A stretch of DNA of 62,393 nucleotides, counting the filler, from Chiloscyllium plagiosum (Eukaryota): the NCBI RefSeq assembly GCF_004010195.1. It is 4 parts of one record of this genome, joined end to end, with 100 filler letters (N's around TTAATTAATTAA, not from the genome) between each part and the next. Parts side by side here need not be neighbours in the genome. Positions count along the whole stretch, not along the records: positions 1 to 22,963 come from NC_057717.1; 3 more parts are not named here. The stretch is one strand, 5' to 3'. The position numbers and the translations under genes are program-made. Below the pieces are notes generated by a model. The model was not told the origin of the DNA, made no database searches, and worked only from the letters and a program-made list of their open reading frames with translations. Of this stretch, positions 1 to 12,440 are shown piece after piece (the first letter of the stretch is position 1; each line of letters opens with the position of its first letter).

Positions 1-110
1 AGTGTATAGTCCAACAGGTTTATTTGGAAACACTGGCTTTCGGAGCGCTGCTCCTTCACCAAGTGGTTGTGGAGAATAAAATTGTAAGACACAGAATTTA
101 TAGCAAAAGT
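1..110 (-). mobile_element. Penelope-like pLTR fragment with degenerate hammerhead motif
   Basis: Reverse complement of 31-65 reads CAC TTGGTGA A GGAGC AGC GCTCC GAAA GC CA GTG. This is the layout of a minimal type I hammerhead (stem I CAC/GTG, stem II GGAGC/GCTCC), with the CTGANGA core and cleavage triplet mutated. Confidence 0.55.
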
Positions 111-182
111 TTACAATGAGATGTAACTGAAATTATATACTGAAAACGACCTGGATTGTTTGTTAAGTCGTTTCGGAGCTGT

Positions 183-375
183 AATGACATCACCACATGA
201 AATGACGTCACCACGGGAAATGTCATCACGAACCCAAGGAAACCTAAACACATAAACAGAAAGTGGGCCATTCGCTAATGCTTCATCCAGAGGCTCACTG
301 AAGACGTTACCAAATATGGTGATGAAACCTGTGAAACGAACCTTCCAGCTCAGCGAGCACAACTACATCCAGAAT
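183..375 (+). mobile_element. Penelope-like element 3' end / pLTR fragment
   Basis: Homologous to 6310-6503 (atgtcatcacc...aacctaaacacataaa...ggctcactgaagacgttacc...ccagctcagcgagca...acatccagaa), which directly follows a GIY-YIG C-terminus. Confidence 0.65.
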
Positions 376-779
376 TGTTGCTTATTTCCCCGAGTTCCCG
401 AGTTTCCATGACTCTCTGCTCCATAAGTAATGACGTGACATAGTTATGTGGGATCTCACCAATCGAGCAGGCCGTAAGACAACAGAGTATGGGGAGGTCG
501 TGACCTTCTGAGAACTGTGAACCCAGCATGACCAGGTGATTATGGTATGTGTTGCTGAACTTCTAATTGTATTTATTTGCTTTTTTTTCACTTTAACCGG
601 AAGAATTGTAAGTTTTTACATGCTTCCTTTCTTTCCTTATTTTCTGTTCTGCATCGGGTATGTGTTACCTTTGTATCGAAGATTGCGTTACATGTGGAAA
701 CTTGTAATCATTTTCATTGTACTTATTTGAGTACATGCGACAACAAACCTAATAAACCTAATTAATCTCCTGTGGTTCC

Positions 780-1050
780 GGACATAGATGGCTCCTCCAT
801 TCTTAAGGGGCCTTGGTCTCTTCCAAGTTTCTCGTTTGGTCTTAATATACTTGTCGAATCACTTTAAAATATCCTTAACCCTATTTGCCAAAGCTATCTC
901 ATGCACCTTTTTGTCCACCTTAAACCCTTCTAAGTGTACTCCGACAGCCTCTAAGCTCCTCAAGGGATTGCCTTGATCTCCGCTGCATATACCTAACATA
1001 CTCTTCTTTGTTCTTGACCAGAGCTTCAATATCCCCTGTCATGTACTGTT
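780..1050 (-). mobile_element. CR1-type LINE fragment (degraded)
   Basis: Resembles the antisense of the CR1 ORF2 linker region; similar in character to the clearer CR1 piece at 38635-39620. Confidence 0.45.
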
Positions 1051-1289
1051 CTCTGTCAAAGAACAGTCTCACATTTGAATTGAATTGGCTTCATTGTCAC
1101 ATGCACTGTCATGAGAGCAGTGAAAAATCTTGCAATGCCATCGCCTATATATATCTTAGGTATAAAACCCTGAAGTAAATTAAATATTTGGTACGAAATT
1201 GACAGATTAATAAATGAAGGTCCAGCATAAGAATGAGAATGAAAAAAAGAAACAATTGTATTTACAGACATTTTATCCCAAACGTTGCC

Positions 1290-4200
1290 AGGACCAAGTG
1301 TCCAGACTGAACCAGACAGAGTCTTCAGACTGCACTGGGCAGAGTCTCGAGGCTGAACCAGGCCCAGTCTCTTGACTGAACGAACCATGATTTACAAACA
1401 GCACTGGACCCAACCCCCAGGCTGCACTCGTCCCAGTCTCCAGGCTGCACCAGGCCCAGCCTGTGGACCATAGAAAGGCGAGTATCCAGACCTCACCATG
1501 TCCCGTTTCCAGGCTGCACTGGGCGCAGTCTCCAGGCTACATTGGACACAGTATCCAGGCCAAAAAGGGCCCAGTCTCCAGACCAACCAGGACCCAGTTT
1601 CTAGATCGCAACAGGCAAAGTCTCCAGACCGCATCAGTCCCAGTCTCTAGAACACACTTGGACCAGTCTCCTGACGACACATGTCCAGGCTCGAGACCGC
1701 ACTGGTTCCTATCTCCAGGCTGAACCAGGCCCAGTCTCTTGATAATATGAACCTTGATATACACACGGCACCCGGCCCAGTCTCCAGTCTGCATTGATCC
1801 CAGTCTACAGGCTGCACTAGGCCTAGTCTCCAGAATGCACCAGGGCCAGTTTCAAGACTGAAACGGGCACAGTCCCCAGACCATACCGAGCCCAATCTCC
1901 AGGATACACTGGGCTCAGTATCCAGGCTACAAAGGCCCAGTCTCCAACTGCACCGGGCCCAGTCTCCAGACCGCATGAGGCCCAGTCTTTAGAAATTCAC
2001 ACGCACCAATCTCTAAACTGCATCAGGCCAAGTGTTCAGACTGCACCAGGCTCAGTTTCGTGACCGCAAGAGGTCCTGACTCGAGACAGTACCGGGTCCA
2101 GTCTCCAGGCTGGACCAGGCACAGTCTCTGGACCGCACAAGGACCGGTTCCTAGACTGTACCGGGCCCAGACCCCAGACTGCACCAGGCACTGTCTGTCT
2201 ACCACATGAATCCCAGTCTCCAGACTTCACTGGACCCAGTCTCCAGACTGCATCAGACCTAGTCTCCTGACTGCACCAGGCCCAGTCTCAAGACCGCACC
2301 AGGCACAGTCCCCAGACCGCATCAGACCTAGTCTCTGGAGCTCACTTGGACCAACCTCCAGTCCGTACCAGGCCAAGACACCTGACCGCACCAGGTCCAG
2401 TCTCCAGACCACACATGGGCCTGGTTCTAGACAGCACTGGGCCCAATATCCAGGCTGGAGCAGGCCCAGTCTCTTGTCTGCACGTGGCCCAGTCTCTAGA
2501 CTGTATTGGCTCCAGATTCCAGATTGCGGCAATCCCAGTTTCCTGGTGGAACCGGGCCTGATCTCCAGGCTACGCCAGGCCCAGCTTCTAGAAGGCACAA
2601 GGCTGGGTCTCCTGACCGCACCGCTCCCAGTATCCAGACTTCACTGGGCACAGTCTATACACCACATCAGATGACTCTTCACACTGCACCAGGACCAATT
2701 TCGATTACACCGGGCCCAGTCTCCAGACCACACTGGGCCCAGTCTCCAGGCTGCATTGTCCCAATCTCCAGGCTGCACCAGTAACAGTCTGCAAACCGCA
2801 CCAGCTCATTCACCAGACTGCACCAGGATCAGTCTCCAGACTGCATGGTCCCAGTCTCCAGGCTGTACCAGGCCCAATCTGCGGATCATACAGGCCTAGT
2901 ATCCAGACCTCACCATGTCCCGTTTCCAGGCTGCACTGGGCGCAGTCTCCTAGCTACATTGGGCCCAGTAACCAGGCTACAAAGGATTGAGTCTCCAGAC
3001 CGAACAGGACCCAGTCTCTAGACCGCAACAGGCAAAGTCTCCAGTCCACATCAGTCCCAGTCTGGAGAGCACACTTGGATCAGTCTCCTGACTACACAAG
3101 TCCAGGCTCGAGACCGCACTGGTTCCAATCTACAGACTGAACCAGGCCCAGTCTCTTGATAGTACGAGCCTTGATATACACACGGCACCCGGCCCAGTCT
3201 CCAGTCTGCACCGATCCCAGTCTCCAGGCTGCACCAGGCCTAGTCTCCAGAACGCACCAGGGCCAGTTTCAAGACTGCAACGGGCACAGTCTCCACACCA
3301 TACTGTGCCCAATCTCTAGGATGCACTGGGCTCAGTATCCAGGCTACAAAGGCCCAGTCTGCAACTGCACCGGGCCCAGTCTCCAGACCGCATGATGTCC
3401 AGTCTTTAGAATGCGCATGGACCAATCTCTAAACTGCATCAGGCCAAGTCTCCTGACTGCACCAGCGTCAGTTTCCTGACCGCAAGAGGTCCTGACTCTA
3501 GACATTATCGGGTCCAGTTTCCAGGCTGGAGCAGGCCCAGTTTCTGGACCGCACAAGGACCGGTTTCTAAAACTGTACCGGGCCCAGACTCCAGACTGCA
3601 CCAGGCACTGTCTGTCTACCACATGAATCCCAGTCTCCAGACTTCACTGGACCCAGTCTCCAGACTGCATCAGACCTCGTCTCCTGACCGCACCAGGCCC
3701 AGCCTCTAGACCGCACTAGGCACAGTCCCCAGACCGCATCAGACCCAGTCTCTGGAGCTCACTTGGACCAACCTCCAGACCGTACCAGGCCAAGACTCCT
3801 GACCGCACCAGGTCCAGTCTCCAGACCACACATGGGCCTGGTTCTAGACAGCACTGCGCCCAATATCCAGGCTGGAACAGGCCCGGTCTCTTGACTGCAC
3901 GTGGCCCAGACTCTAGGCTGTATTTGCTCCAGATTCCAGATTGTGCCAAGACCAGTTTCCAGGCGGAACCAGGCCAGATCTCCAGGTTACACCAGGCCCA
4001 TCTTCGAGATGGCACGAGACCGAGTCTCCAGTCCGCACCGCTCCCAGTATCCAGACTTCACTGGGCACAGTCTACGCACCACATCAGATGACTCTCCAAC
4101 TGCACCAGGACCAGTCTCTACTACTCAGGGCCCAGTCTTCAGACCACACTGTGCCGAGTCTGCAGACTGCATTGTCCCAGTCTCCAGGCTCCATCAGGAA

Positions 4201-5965
4201 CAGTCTGCAAACCGTACCAGCCGATTCTCCAGACTGCACCAGGCTGGGATTCCTGGTTACACGGGGCCCAGTCTCCAGACCACTCCAGGCCCAGTCTATT
4301 GACTGGACGAGGCCTAGCCTCTAGACGGCACCAGGCCCACACTCCAGATGGCACCTGTCCCAGTTTCCAGGCTGCACGAGGAACAGTCTGCACCAGGCCC
4401 AGTCTCAAGACCGCACCAGTCCTGGTTTCCAGGCTACACCAGGTGCAGTTTTGACACCACACCGGGCCCAGTCTCCAGACTGCACTGCTCCTAAGTTCCA
4501 GATTCACTGGGCACAGTCTGCAGATCTCACCAGATTGAATCTCTAGACCGCATCAGGCACAGTCTCCGGACAATACCAGGCCCAGTCTCCAGACCACACC
4601 GGCCCAATCTCCAGACTGCTTTGTCCCAGTCTCCAGGTTGCACCAGGACCAGTTTGCAGACAGAAGCCCACCCAGTCTCCAGACTGCACCAGGCGGTTTT
4701 CCAGGTTACACGGAGCCCAGGCTGTTACAGGCCCAGTCTCTAGAATGTACCAGGACTAGACTCCAGAATGCACCAGGTCCAGTCTCCAGGCTGAACTGGG
4801 CCAAGTTTCCAGGCTGCATCTGGCCAGTCTGGAGATGGCACGAGGCCCAGTCATCAGACCGCAACGTTCCCAGTCTCCAGACTTCACTCAGCACAGTCCA
4901 GACCGCACCACTACCAGTCTTTAGACCGCACTGGGACCAGTCAAATACTGCACCAGGCCTAGTCTCTAGACCGTAATAGTAACAGTCTCCAGACTGCAGC
5001 GGGACCTGTCTCCAGACGGCACTGGGACCAGTGTCCAGATGACATCGAGCCCGGTCCCAAGGCCACTTTCAGGCCAACCTCCAACTGCACCAAGCCCAGT
5101 CCCCAGACCACAACAACCCAGTGTCCAGATGCACAGAGACCAGTCTTTAAACCGCACTGGCAAATGTGGCTATGCTGCATCGAGCCCATTCTCCAGACAG
5201 CACCAGGTCCAGTCTCCAGCCCACACTAGGCCCAACCTATAGACCCCACCAGGCACAGTCTCCAGACCACACCGCGTCCAATCTCCACACTGCAAAAGGC
5301 TAAGTGTGCAGACTGCATTGGGCCAGTTTCCAGACCGCACCAGGTCGGGAGGCCAAGCTGGACTGCCCCCAAGTCTCCACATTGCATCAGGCCCAGTCAC
5401 TTGACAACACAAGGCCCAGTCTCCGAACTGCACCAGGACCACTTCGCAGGCTGTACCCAGCTCAGTATCTAGACCTTACCAGACCAAGTCTCCTGACTGT
5501 ACCGGGACCAGTCTCCAGGCGCACGTTACCAAGTCTCCAGGCTCTATCAGACCGTTCCCAAGACAGCACGAGGCCTAGACCTCAGACCACACTGCTACCA
5601 GTCTCCAGAATTCACTCAGCACAGTATCCAGACACAAATGTCCCAGTCTCCAGATCGCACCACTCTCGGCCTATAGATCCCATCGGTCTATAGCCCACAC
5701 TGGGTCCAGTCTCCACGCTGCACCAATCGCAGTCTCTGGATCGCTCCAGGTCCAGATACCAGACTGAAAAAGGCCCAGTAAACAGACTGCATTGTGGCAA
5801 TTTCCAGACCGCACCAGGCCCAGTCTCCAGACCATACCAGGTCCAGTTTCCAAGCTACACTGGCCCAAGACCCAGTCTTTTGACAGCACATGTCTCAGTC
5901 TCTGGACAGAACCAGGGCCAGTGTCCAGACAGTACCGGGTTCAGTCTCCAGACCACACCAGGCCA
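1290..5965. repeat. Degenerate 23-bp minisatellite (consensus ~GGCCCAGTCTCCAGACTGCACCA)
   Basis: AGTCTC recurs with 23-bp period (e.g. ~2238, 2261, 2284) over ~4.7 kb; it generates many spurious ORFs. Confidence 0.95.
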
Positions 5966-6111
5966 CTGTTTGGATCACGCCTCAACTCTGAGTCTTCCCT
6001 TTGAACTCTCCTCTCCACGCCAGCCTCCTTTCTGTGACTCCCTTCCCTGAGCCAGCCTCCATTCTGGGAATTCCCTCCATAACTCTCTTCCTCGCCTTGG
6101 CAACCTCTCGT

Positions 6112-6540
6112 CTCAACTAGCCACAAAACGACACGACCCTCTCTCATTAGTACCCTTGCATACTTCGACTGGGGCAACGCATCCATTCTCGAGCAAGCCA
6201 AACAGAGACAAACATGAGAATTCCGAGAAGCATGGCATTCCAACTGAAACTCTTCCAACAAGCAAATTGACTTGAACACCATTTACCACCCACTGAGAAT
6301 AAGAACAGGAAATGTCATCACCATTGGAAATGATTTCACCACATGAAATGACTTCACCAACATAAGAAAACCTAAACATATAAATAGAAAGCAGGAAACA
6401 CCATCGTTCTTCCTCGGGAGGCTCACTGAAGACGTTACCTAGTATGGTGACGGAACATCTGAAAAGGAACTTGCCAGCTCAGCGAGCAAACCCACATCCA
6501 GAATCTCAACCTGAGCTACAAATCTTCTCACATCTTGCTT
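6112..6540 (+). mobile_element. Penelope-like element: GIY-YIG endonuclease C-terminus plus pLTR (defective)
   Basis: Translates QLATKRHDPLSL...FDWGNASILEQAKQRQT*EFREAWHSN*NSSNKQIDLNTIYHPLR, typical of a PLE endonuclease C-terminus, with in-frame stops. Followed by CTGAAGA-CGTTACC/GGTGACG hairpin, a degenerate hammerhead at ~6426-6460. Confidence 0.8.
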
Positions 6541-6544
6541 ATAG

Positions 6545-6815
6545 TAATCTAATCTAGGTCCATTTGCCTGCACTGGCCCATATCCCTCGAACCCCTTCCT
6601 ATTTATATCCCCATTCAGATGCCTTGAAATGCTATAATTGTGCCAGTTTTCATCACTTCTTCTGGCAGATCCTTCTATACACTCACCACTCTCTGTGTGA
6701 AGAAGTTGCCCCTTAGACCCTTTTACATCTTTCCTCTTTCACTTCAAAACTGTGCCCTCTTGTTCGTGACGCTCCACCTCATGAAAAGGACTCGTCTGTT
6801 TATCGTATCCGTGCT
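6545..6815 (-). mobile_element. CR1 LINE 3' end
   Basis: Antisense of the CR1 terminal region (ctaaggggcaacttcttcacacagagagtggtgagtg...gggatatgggcca), ending in a short tagat-type tail. Confidence 0.75.
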
Positions 6816-7769
6816 GAACCGCTATACCATCTGGGTTTATGGTGTCTCTGCTGTTTGTGTGAGATGAATTGAGAATGTGATATAACTAACCATTTCAGCT
6901 GATTTGGCAATGACTTTATGTTACATTCTCATTCTTGTGATTGGACCCCAAATTTCTCACTATATACAAGTTGCAGTCCGCCCATGCACAGTAAATCATG
7001 TTGGTGAATACCCACTGTCTGGGCAGCAGCCATAACCTCTTCATTCAGAAGCATTTAGCCATTTCTATCAACATTGAATCTCCACATAGAAAGAAATGCA
7101 GCATCTTGGAAAAGGCTACCTCCTTGACACTACGTTGAAAATACCTCACCCAACCAACACTTACCCGTCCACACCACAAACCAATCAAAATATCAAAATA
7201 TCCCGTGTGTACTGAGAGCAATGAAAGTACTGGGAACATCAAGGACCAGACCAGGGAGATGGAGCAGCACGTCCCATGTCTCTATGGTTCAGGGTAAACC
7301 CTCCAGTACACAGCCTATCATATTTCCTGTAACGTCTCTCCATTTATATAATCCTAAGGTTTTTTTTTTCTATTATTCCTGAAACATTGACATGTTCACA
7401 GTGGCGCATGTGATATTCCATCTGCGAAATTGTTGTCCATTGCTTATCCAATTTCAAAATCCCTAGCTCGCCTTAATAAATTAGTTACCTGCCTACGTTA
7501 GCTTAATCAACACATTTAGTTATTTTTTTGTTCCATTAATTAATACATTGATATAGTTTGCAAATAGTTGAGGACCCAGCACTCGTCACTGTGTCACTGC
7601 AAGTCGTTAACTTTTCTTAAACTGGTAAAGACTAATATATTATTAATTCATCCCTGCTTCTGGCTCAGTAAGCAGCCCTCCCCTATTCCTGTGAAGCAGC
7701 TTCGAAAAACTATATGTTCCCTTCCAATTCCTTTGTTTCAGATATGAGAGTTTCAAAGATATTCTTTAA

Positions 7770-8800
7770 TTGCTGAGTAACAGCCTCGAATGGGTGAGTA
7801 GCCTCATTGTGTTCCTGTTTAAATCACCTGATGGGCTGAATTGTTCACGGTAGGCGTAGTTAGGAATGGTCCTGAATATTATGGAACCATCTGTGAAGGA
7901 CCCACTTCTGGCTTGGTGATGTAGGGAAGGCCATTGATGCTGAAACTGCTGATAGCCCACAGTGCCACATGGATGCCCACTTTTCATTTGGTCATCTTTT
8001 AGAAGTATGTCTCACTTCGCAGGAGGTGGTGGCACGTAACATAGTAGACAACATCTTCAATATTAGACTGAGACTTTCCCTCTACCAGGACTATGCTCGG
8101 TGCACCTACGGATACTGTTAGGGACAGTCTGGTTGCAGTGAATTTGGGGCGTTGTATTTTAGATTAGATTAGATTAGATTACTTACAGTGTGGAAACAGG
8201 CCCTTCGGCCCAACCAGTCCACACCGACCCGCCGAAGCGCAACCCACCCATACCCCTATATTTACCCTTTTACCTAACACTACGGGCAATTTAGCATGGC
8301 CAATTCACCTGACCTGCACATCTTTGGACTGTGGGAGGAAACCGGAGCACCCGGAGGAAACCCACGCAGACACGGGGAGAATGTGCAAACTCCACACAGT
8401 CAGTCACCTGAGTCGGGAATTGAACCCGGGTCTCTGGTGCTGTGAGGCAGCAGTGTTAACCACTGTGCCACCGTGCCGCCCGACGGTATTTGCTCAGGTA
8501 TTGTTGGGGTTGCAAAGACACTCTTTGTCATGGACTTTGAAGTACCACATCCAGAGTACGTTCTGTGTCCTTGTCACATTCAACGTTTCCTCGCATTTGT
8601 TTTCAACATCCAGGGGAACTCAGTTATCATTGAATGGCGGTGTGTAGGTCAGCAGACGTGGATCATCAGGAGATTTCCTGGACCATCTCTGAACTACTAT
8701 CATTAGATTACGCATGTTCTTCAATCAGTGGAGGGGCATTCCAGTGTACGACTTCCCTTGATTTTACCTGACGGTGCCCCCACCACTGGTGGGTCTTCCA
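7770..8800 (-). mobile_element. Non-LTR retrotransposon APE endonuclease relic, interrupted by a SINE
   Basis: Minus-strand translation of 8490-8700 gives GPGNLLMI...TYTPP...VENKCEETLNVTRTQNVLWMWYFKVH, a degenerate YRPP...GDFN region of a LINE endonuclease. Homologous sequence continues left of the SINE. Confidence 0.6.
8160..8481 (-). mobile_element. HE1-type tRNA-derived V-SINE, near full-length
   Basis: Minus strand has a GGGCGGCACGG head, A box TGGCACAGTGG, B box GGTTCAATTCC, the V-domain (gtgtctgcgtgggtttcctccgggtgctccggtttcctcccacagtccaaaga), a LINE-like 3' part and an (ATCTA)n tail. Confidence 0.9.
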
Positions 8801-9887
8801 TGAGGAATAACAGTGACATAGTAGCCGCGAAAATTGGCTTAAAAAGTTAACTATAGGCACTGTACCTGAATGAATATTGTAATCTCAAAATAGGTCATGG
8901 ACTTCAATGCATACATTGAGAGAAATCGATATGTTTTTTTTATGATATTAGATAGATATGGCGACTGGGTGATCGATACTGGGAACATTTTACATTTGGG
9001 TGTATTATTCAAAATTGTAAGGAGTTGGGGGACATAAGGGGTGAATATGCCTGATAGTAACAATATGACCTGACTTAAATTATCGATGTATCGGTTTAAG
9101 CTGGTTGATTTTATGTACCAAGTGCCAGTTGAGTTGAGTTTAGAGCGGGATTTGCACCATGAGGCTGAGTTGGTATCACCAAACAAAAAGGGCAGAAGGG
9201 CCTTTGTGAGTTGGATCTTTATGACTCTGGCACATTCTATACACAGCATTTTCTGGAACATTCTATAACCGACATTCTCCAGAACATTCTACAACTGACA
9301 TTCCTCGGAACATTGTATCCCTGACAATATTTACAAATAACTGGACATCAGTGAATTGAACAAAAGATAAGATCCCGAGGGACGAGAAACCATTCCAGGA
9401 AAAAGGAGACAGTATTCCGAAATCGCCTCTGGCAGTTAATGGGGCGAATATATTTTCCGCGCTTTTCCAATTCTTCAAGACACAGGGTCAACCCCAACTG
9501 AGACTAAAAGACAAATATTTCCAACCTCCGTTTGGCTTCAAGGAACTAGGAATGAATGTTCAGGACGGCAATGTTCTCACCCTCCGTATGAGGAACGGCA
9601 AATAAATGACCTGTGCCTGCTAACGGGTGATCCAGTGTGTTGGAATATTCTAGAAACCATCTGTTCTTATGAATGTGGCGCGATGTGTTTGGGAAGGAAG
9701 GGTCTCCAGTGTTTTATGATACATTTTTGTAAGTAATTCAGACCTTCCCATTTGTTATTTCAACTACAATTGTTTGAATAAATATCTGAATATAGTGACA
9801 TATTCGAAAACCTCACTGGCTCCTCAATCAAACTATTAACTTTGCCTCCAGGCTATTGCATAATTTGTTTGTTTTCCTTCCTCGCAG

Positions 9888-10794
9888 CTGACGTAGCAAC
9901 GATCTATGTCCTGCTTTATAGAGATTGTGGATTGTCTCCATGTGTCAGACGTTACTTGGGGGCCATGGCAGTGGCGGACCGACTGGTCATTATCCTCGAT
10001 CTGATATTGAGACAAATTCCCATCGTTTATGGTCAATACTTTGTTTTCCTGTACTCCATTCGCGTGTGTAATATCCATGCCATCCTGCTTTATGCAGCCA
10101 CTGACTGTTCTGTCTGGTTCACCGTCACTTTCACCTTCGATCGATTTGAGGCCATTTGTTACCAGAAGCTGAAAAGTCAATATTGCAGTGAGAAAACAGC
10201 GACTGTGGTTCTGGGAGCAGTTACTGTGCTGAGCTGTTTAAAGAACATTTCCTGGTATTTTATGCTCACAGCATGGTATAGGCTTTACAACGCCCCCTGG
10301 TTTTGTTTGATGATAAACGCTGTTTGTGACTCCCTTGGCTGGATCACAATTGAGTTCCTCCACCACATTCTGAACCCAGTTCTCCCATTTCTCCTGATTC
10401 TTCTGTTCAATTTCTTCACGGTCAGACACATTTTACTGACCAGCAGAACCCGCAGGAGACTTCGGGCTCACACCAATGGGGGCGCTCAGTATGACACAGA
10501 AATGGAAATCGAAAGAAGTCCATCATTTTTCTGTTTGCGATTTCAGTCAATTTCATCCTGTATTGGTCAAAGTTAATGGTGTACTCCATATGGTACCGAA
10601 TGTATAATATTGGGTATCGGTCTGTGTACCTAGACGTCTTTGTGCGGCAACTGAGCTTCATGCTGCAGCTCCTCAGTTGCTGCACAAACACCGTGATTTA
10701 TGCCGTGACCCAGACAAAGTTCAGACAGCAGCTTAAGAATGTGCTGAAATACCCCTTTAACCAAATACATCAATCAAAGTTATTCACTCGTTAA
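9888..10794 (+). pseudogene. GPR139/GPR142-like class A GPCR, large second coding exon, frameshifted
   Basis: Polypyrimidine tract and AG acceptor at 9886-9887, phase 1. Motifs CGLSPCVRRYLGAMAVAD, ATDCSVWFTVTFTFDRF, and SCCTNTVIYAVTQTKFRQQLK in TM7/helix 8. One base is missing at ~10506-10509 (ATG GAA AT- CGA AAG AAG TCC ATC ATT = ME.RKKSII), joining ORFs 9842-10576 and 10576-10794. Confidence 0.88.
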
Positions 10795-10972
10795 TCAATC
10801 CATCGGGAATTTTGTCATTTAAGTTCAATGTTTCAGCTATGTTAACAGACTGATGGTAGTGTCTAGCTTATTACACAGGGTGTTACAAGGACACATTTCA
10901 AAGTCCTGCACACCTTAGAGGCCAATGAAAATGGGGACCATTCCACTGACAGTACCATCTCAATTTGAGAAT

Positions 10973-10978
10973 AATAAA
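10973..10978 (+). promoter_or_regulatory. Candidate polyadenylation signal of the GPCR gene
   Basis: AATAAA ~180 nt after the stop codon at 10794. Confidence 0.45.
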
Positions 10979-11139
10979 AATGTCCATTAAAAAGTGCCAA
11001 GCAGCAGAGTGAACTATATTGTTTTTTGCTTTTGTGTTGAGGAATCTGAGCTGGAGACAGACAGACTCAGCCTCAAGTCCTGGTCGTCACAGAAGGGGAG
11101 GCGACCGGGTCCCAGCTCACGAGTTGGAGAGAAGTTAAT

Positions 11140-11360
11140 CTGTCTTTGCTTTCATCTCTGAGTCCTCTACTCCGAACTGACCTTTGGCACAATTCATCTC
11201 TCTCCCTTTGTCCATCTCCCTCCGATCTACCTTCCAATCTTACACTGGCTGTCTCTCTTATCTTCACACTTACACAAACTATTTCACTGTCCCTCCCTTC
11301 GCGATTCTTCTTTACGTTCTCTCCATTTTGCAATCTCACTCTCTTCAAACATTTCCTCTT
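11140..11360. repeat. CT-rich low-complexity tract
   Basis: Pyrimidine-rich degenerate simple repeat. Confidence 0.6.
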
Positions 11361-11594
11361 CGAATCGTCTTTCACCTTGCATTGCTGGGGGAAGAGGGGA
11401 GGGTGTTTGCATTCAGGCCGTTGCAAGGGTAACAGTATGGAGCTTGTGGTCAAGTGAAGTTGCCAGGGGATACAGTGGGTATGAGAACACTGACAGTTAC
11501 TGTGGGAGTAAATGTGGGTGTGACATTATATTCTGTGGCTGGTGCGAAAGAGTACGGTTGGAACTTCTTGATTATACACATGGTACAGATTCTG

Positions 11595-12440
11595 TGGAAG
11601 GTGACCAAACGGGTGAATGAGGGCAAAGTGGTTGATGTGGTGTATATGGATTTCAGTAAAACGTTTGATAAGGTTCCCCATGGTAACCTATTGCACAAAA
11701 TACGGAAGCATGGGATTAAAGGCGATTTCACGGTTTGCATCAGAAATTGGCTAACTGAAAGAGGACAGAGCGTGGTGATTGATGGGAAATATTTATTCTG
11801 GAGTTCAGTTCCTAGTGGGGCAGGGCAAGGAACTGTTTTGCGACCATTGTTGTGTGTCATTTATTTAAATAACCTGGATGAGGGCATAGAAGGATGGTTT
11901 AGGAATTTTACGGATGACACTGCAGTCGCTGGAGTTCTGGATAGTGACGAAGAATGTTATCGGTAACAGAGAGGCATTGATAAGCTGCTGCGCTGAGATG
12001 TGAGGTGACAAATTGTGTTTAATGCAGAAAAGATGTGAGGTGATTCACTTTGGAAGTATTAACAGGAATGCAGAGTCTCGGGCTAATGTAAGATTATTGG
12101 CAGTGCACATGAGCAGGGAGGTCTTGGTGTCCAGGTACATATACACTTGAAAGTTACCACACAGGTTGATAGAGTTGTTAAGAAGGCATACGGTGAGTTA
12201 AATTGAGTGGTGATATCCGAGGTAGTTTATTTACGCTGAGAGTAGTGAGGGCGTGGAACACGCTGTTTCAACAATAGTACACTCGCAAGTTTAAGGGCAT
12301 TTAAATGGTCATTGGATAGGCATTTGGACGAGAATAGAATAGTGCAGGTTAGATCGGCTTCAGATTTACTCCACACGTCAGTGCAACATTGAGGGCCGGA
12401 GGGCCTGTAATGCGCTGTAATATTTTCTTTTCTATGTTCT
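11595..12440 (+). mobile_element. CR1 LINE reverse transcriptase and 3' end fragment
   Basis: ORF 11454-11966 contains VTKRVNEGKVVDVVYMDFSKTFDKVPHGNLLHKI...QGTVLRPLLCVIYLNNLDEG...FTDDT, a degenerate CR1 RT. A CR1-type 3' tail (ttctatgttcta) lies at ~12430. Confidence 0.9.

Noticed and set aside
1290..5965. CRISPR-like array or repetitive protein gene (dozens of 60-130 aa ORFs)
   Set aside because: Monomers are contiguous and degenerate with no unique spacers and no cas genes. The 23-bp unit is not a multiple of 3, and ORFs occur in all frames with frequent stops.
8851..9478. ORFs of 136, 60 and 71 aa upstream of the GPCR exon, considered as its missing first exon or an L1 relic
   Set aside because: No TM1 YYP...GVP motif or suitable phase-1 donor on the + strand; the similarity to L1 was too weak to support.
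9842..9887. N-terminus MPPGYCIICLFSFLA of the 244-aa ORF
   Set aside because: It starts at TTG and is the translated polypyrimidine tract and acceptor of the intron.
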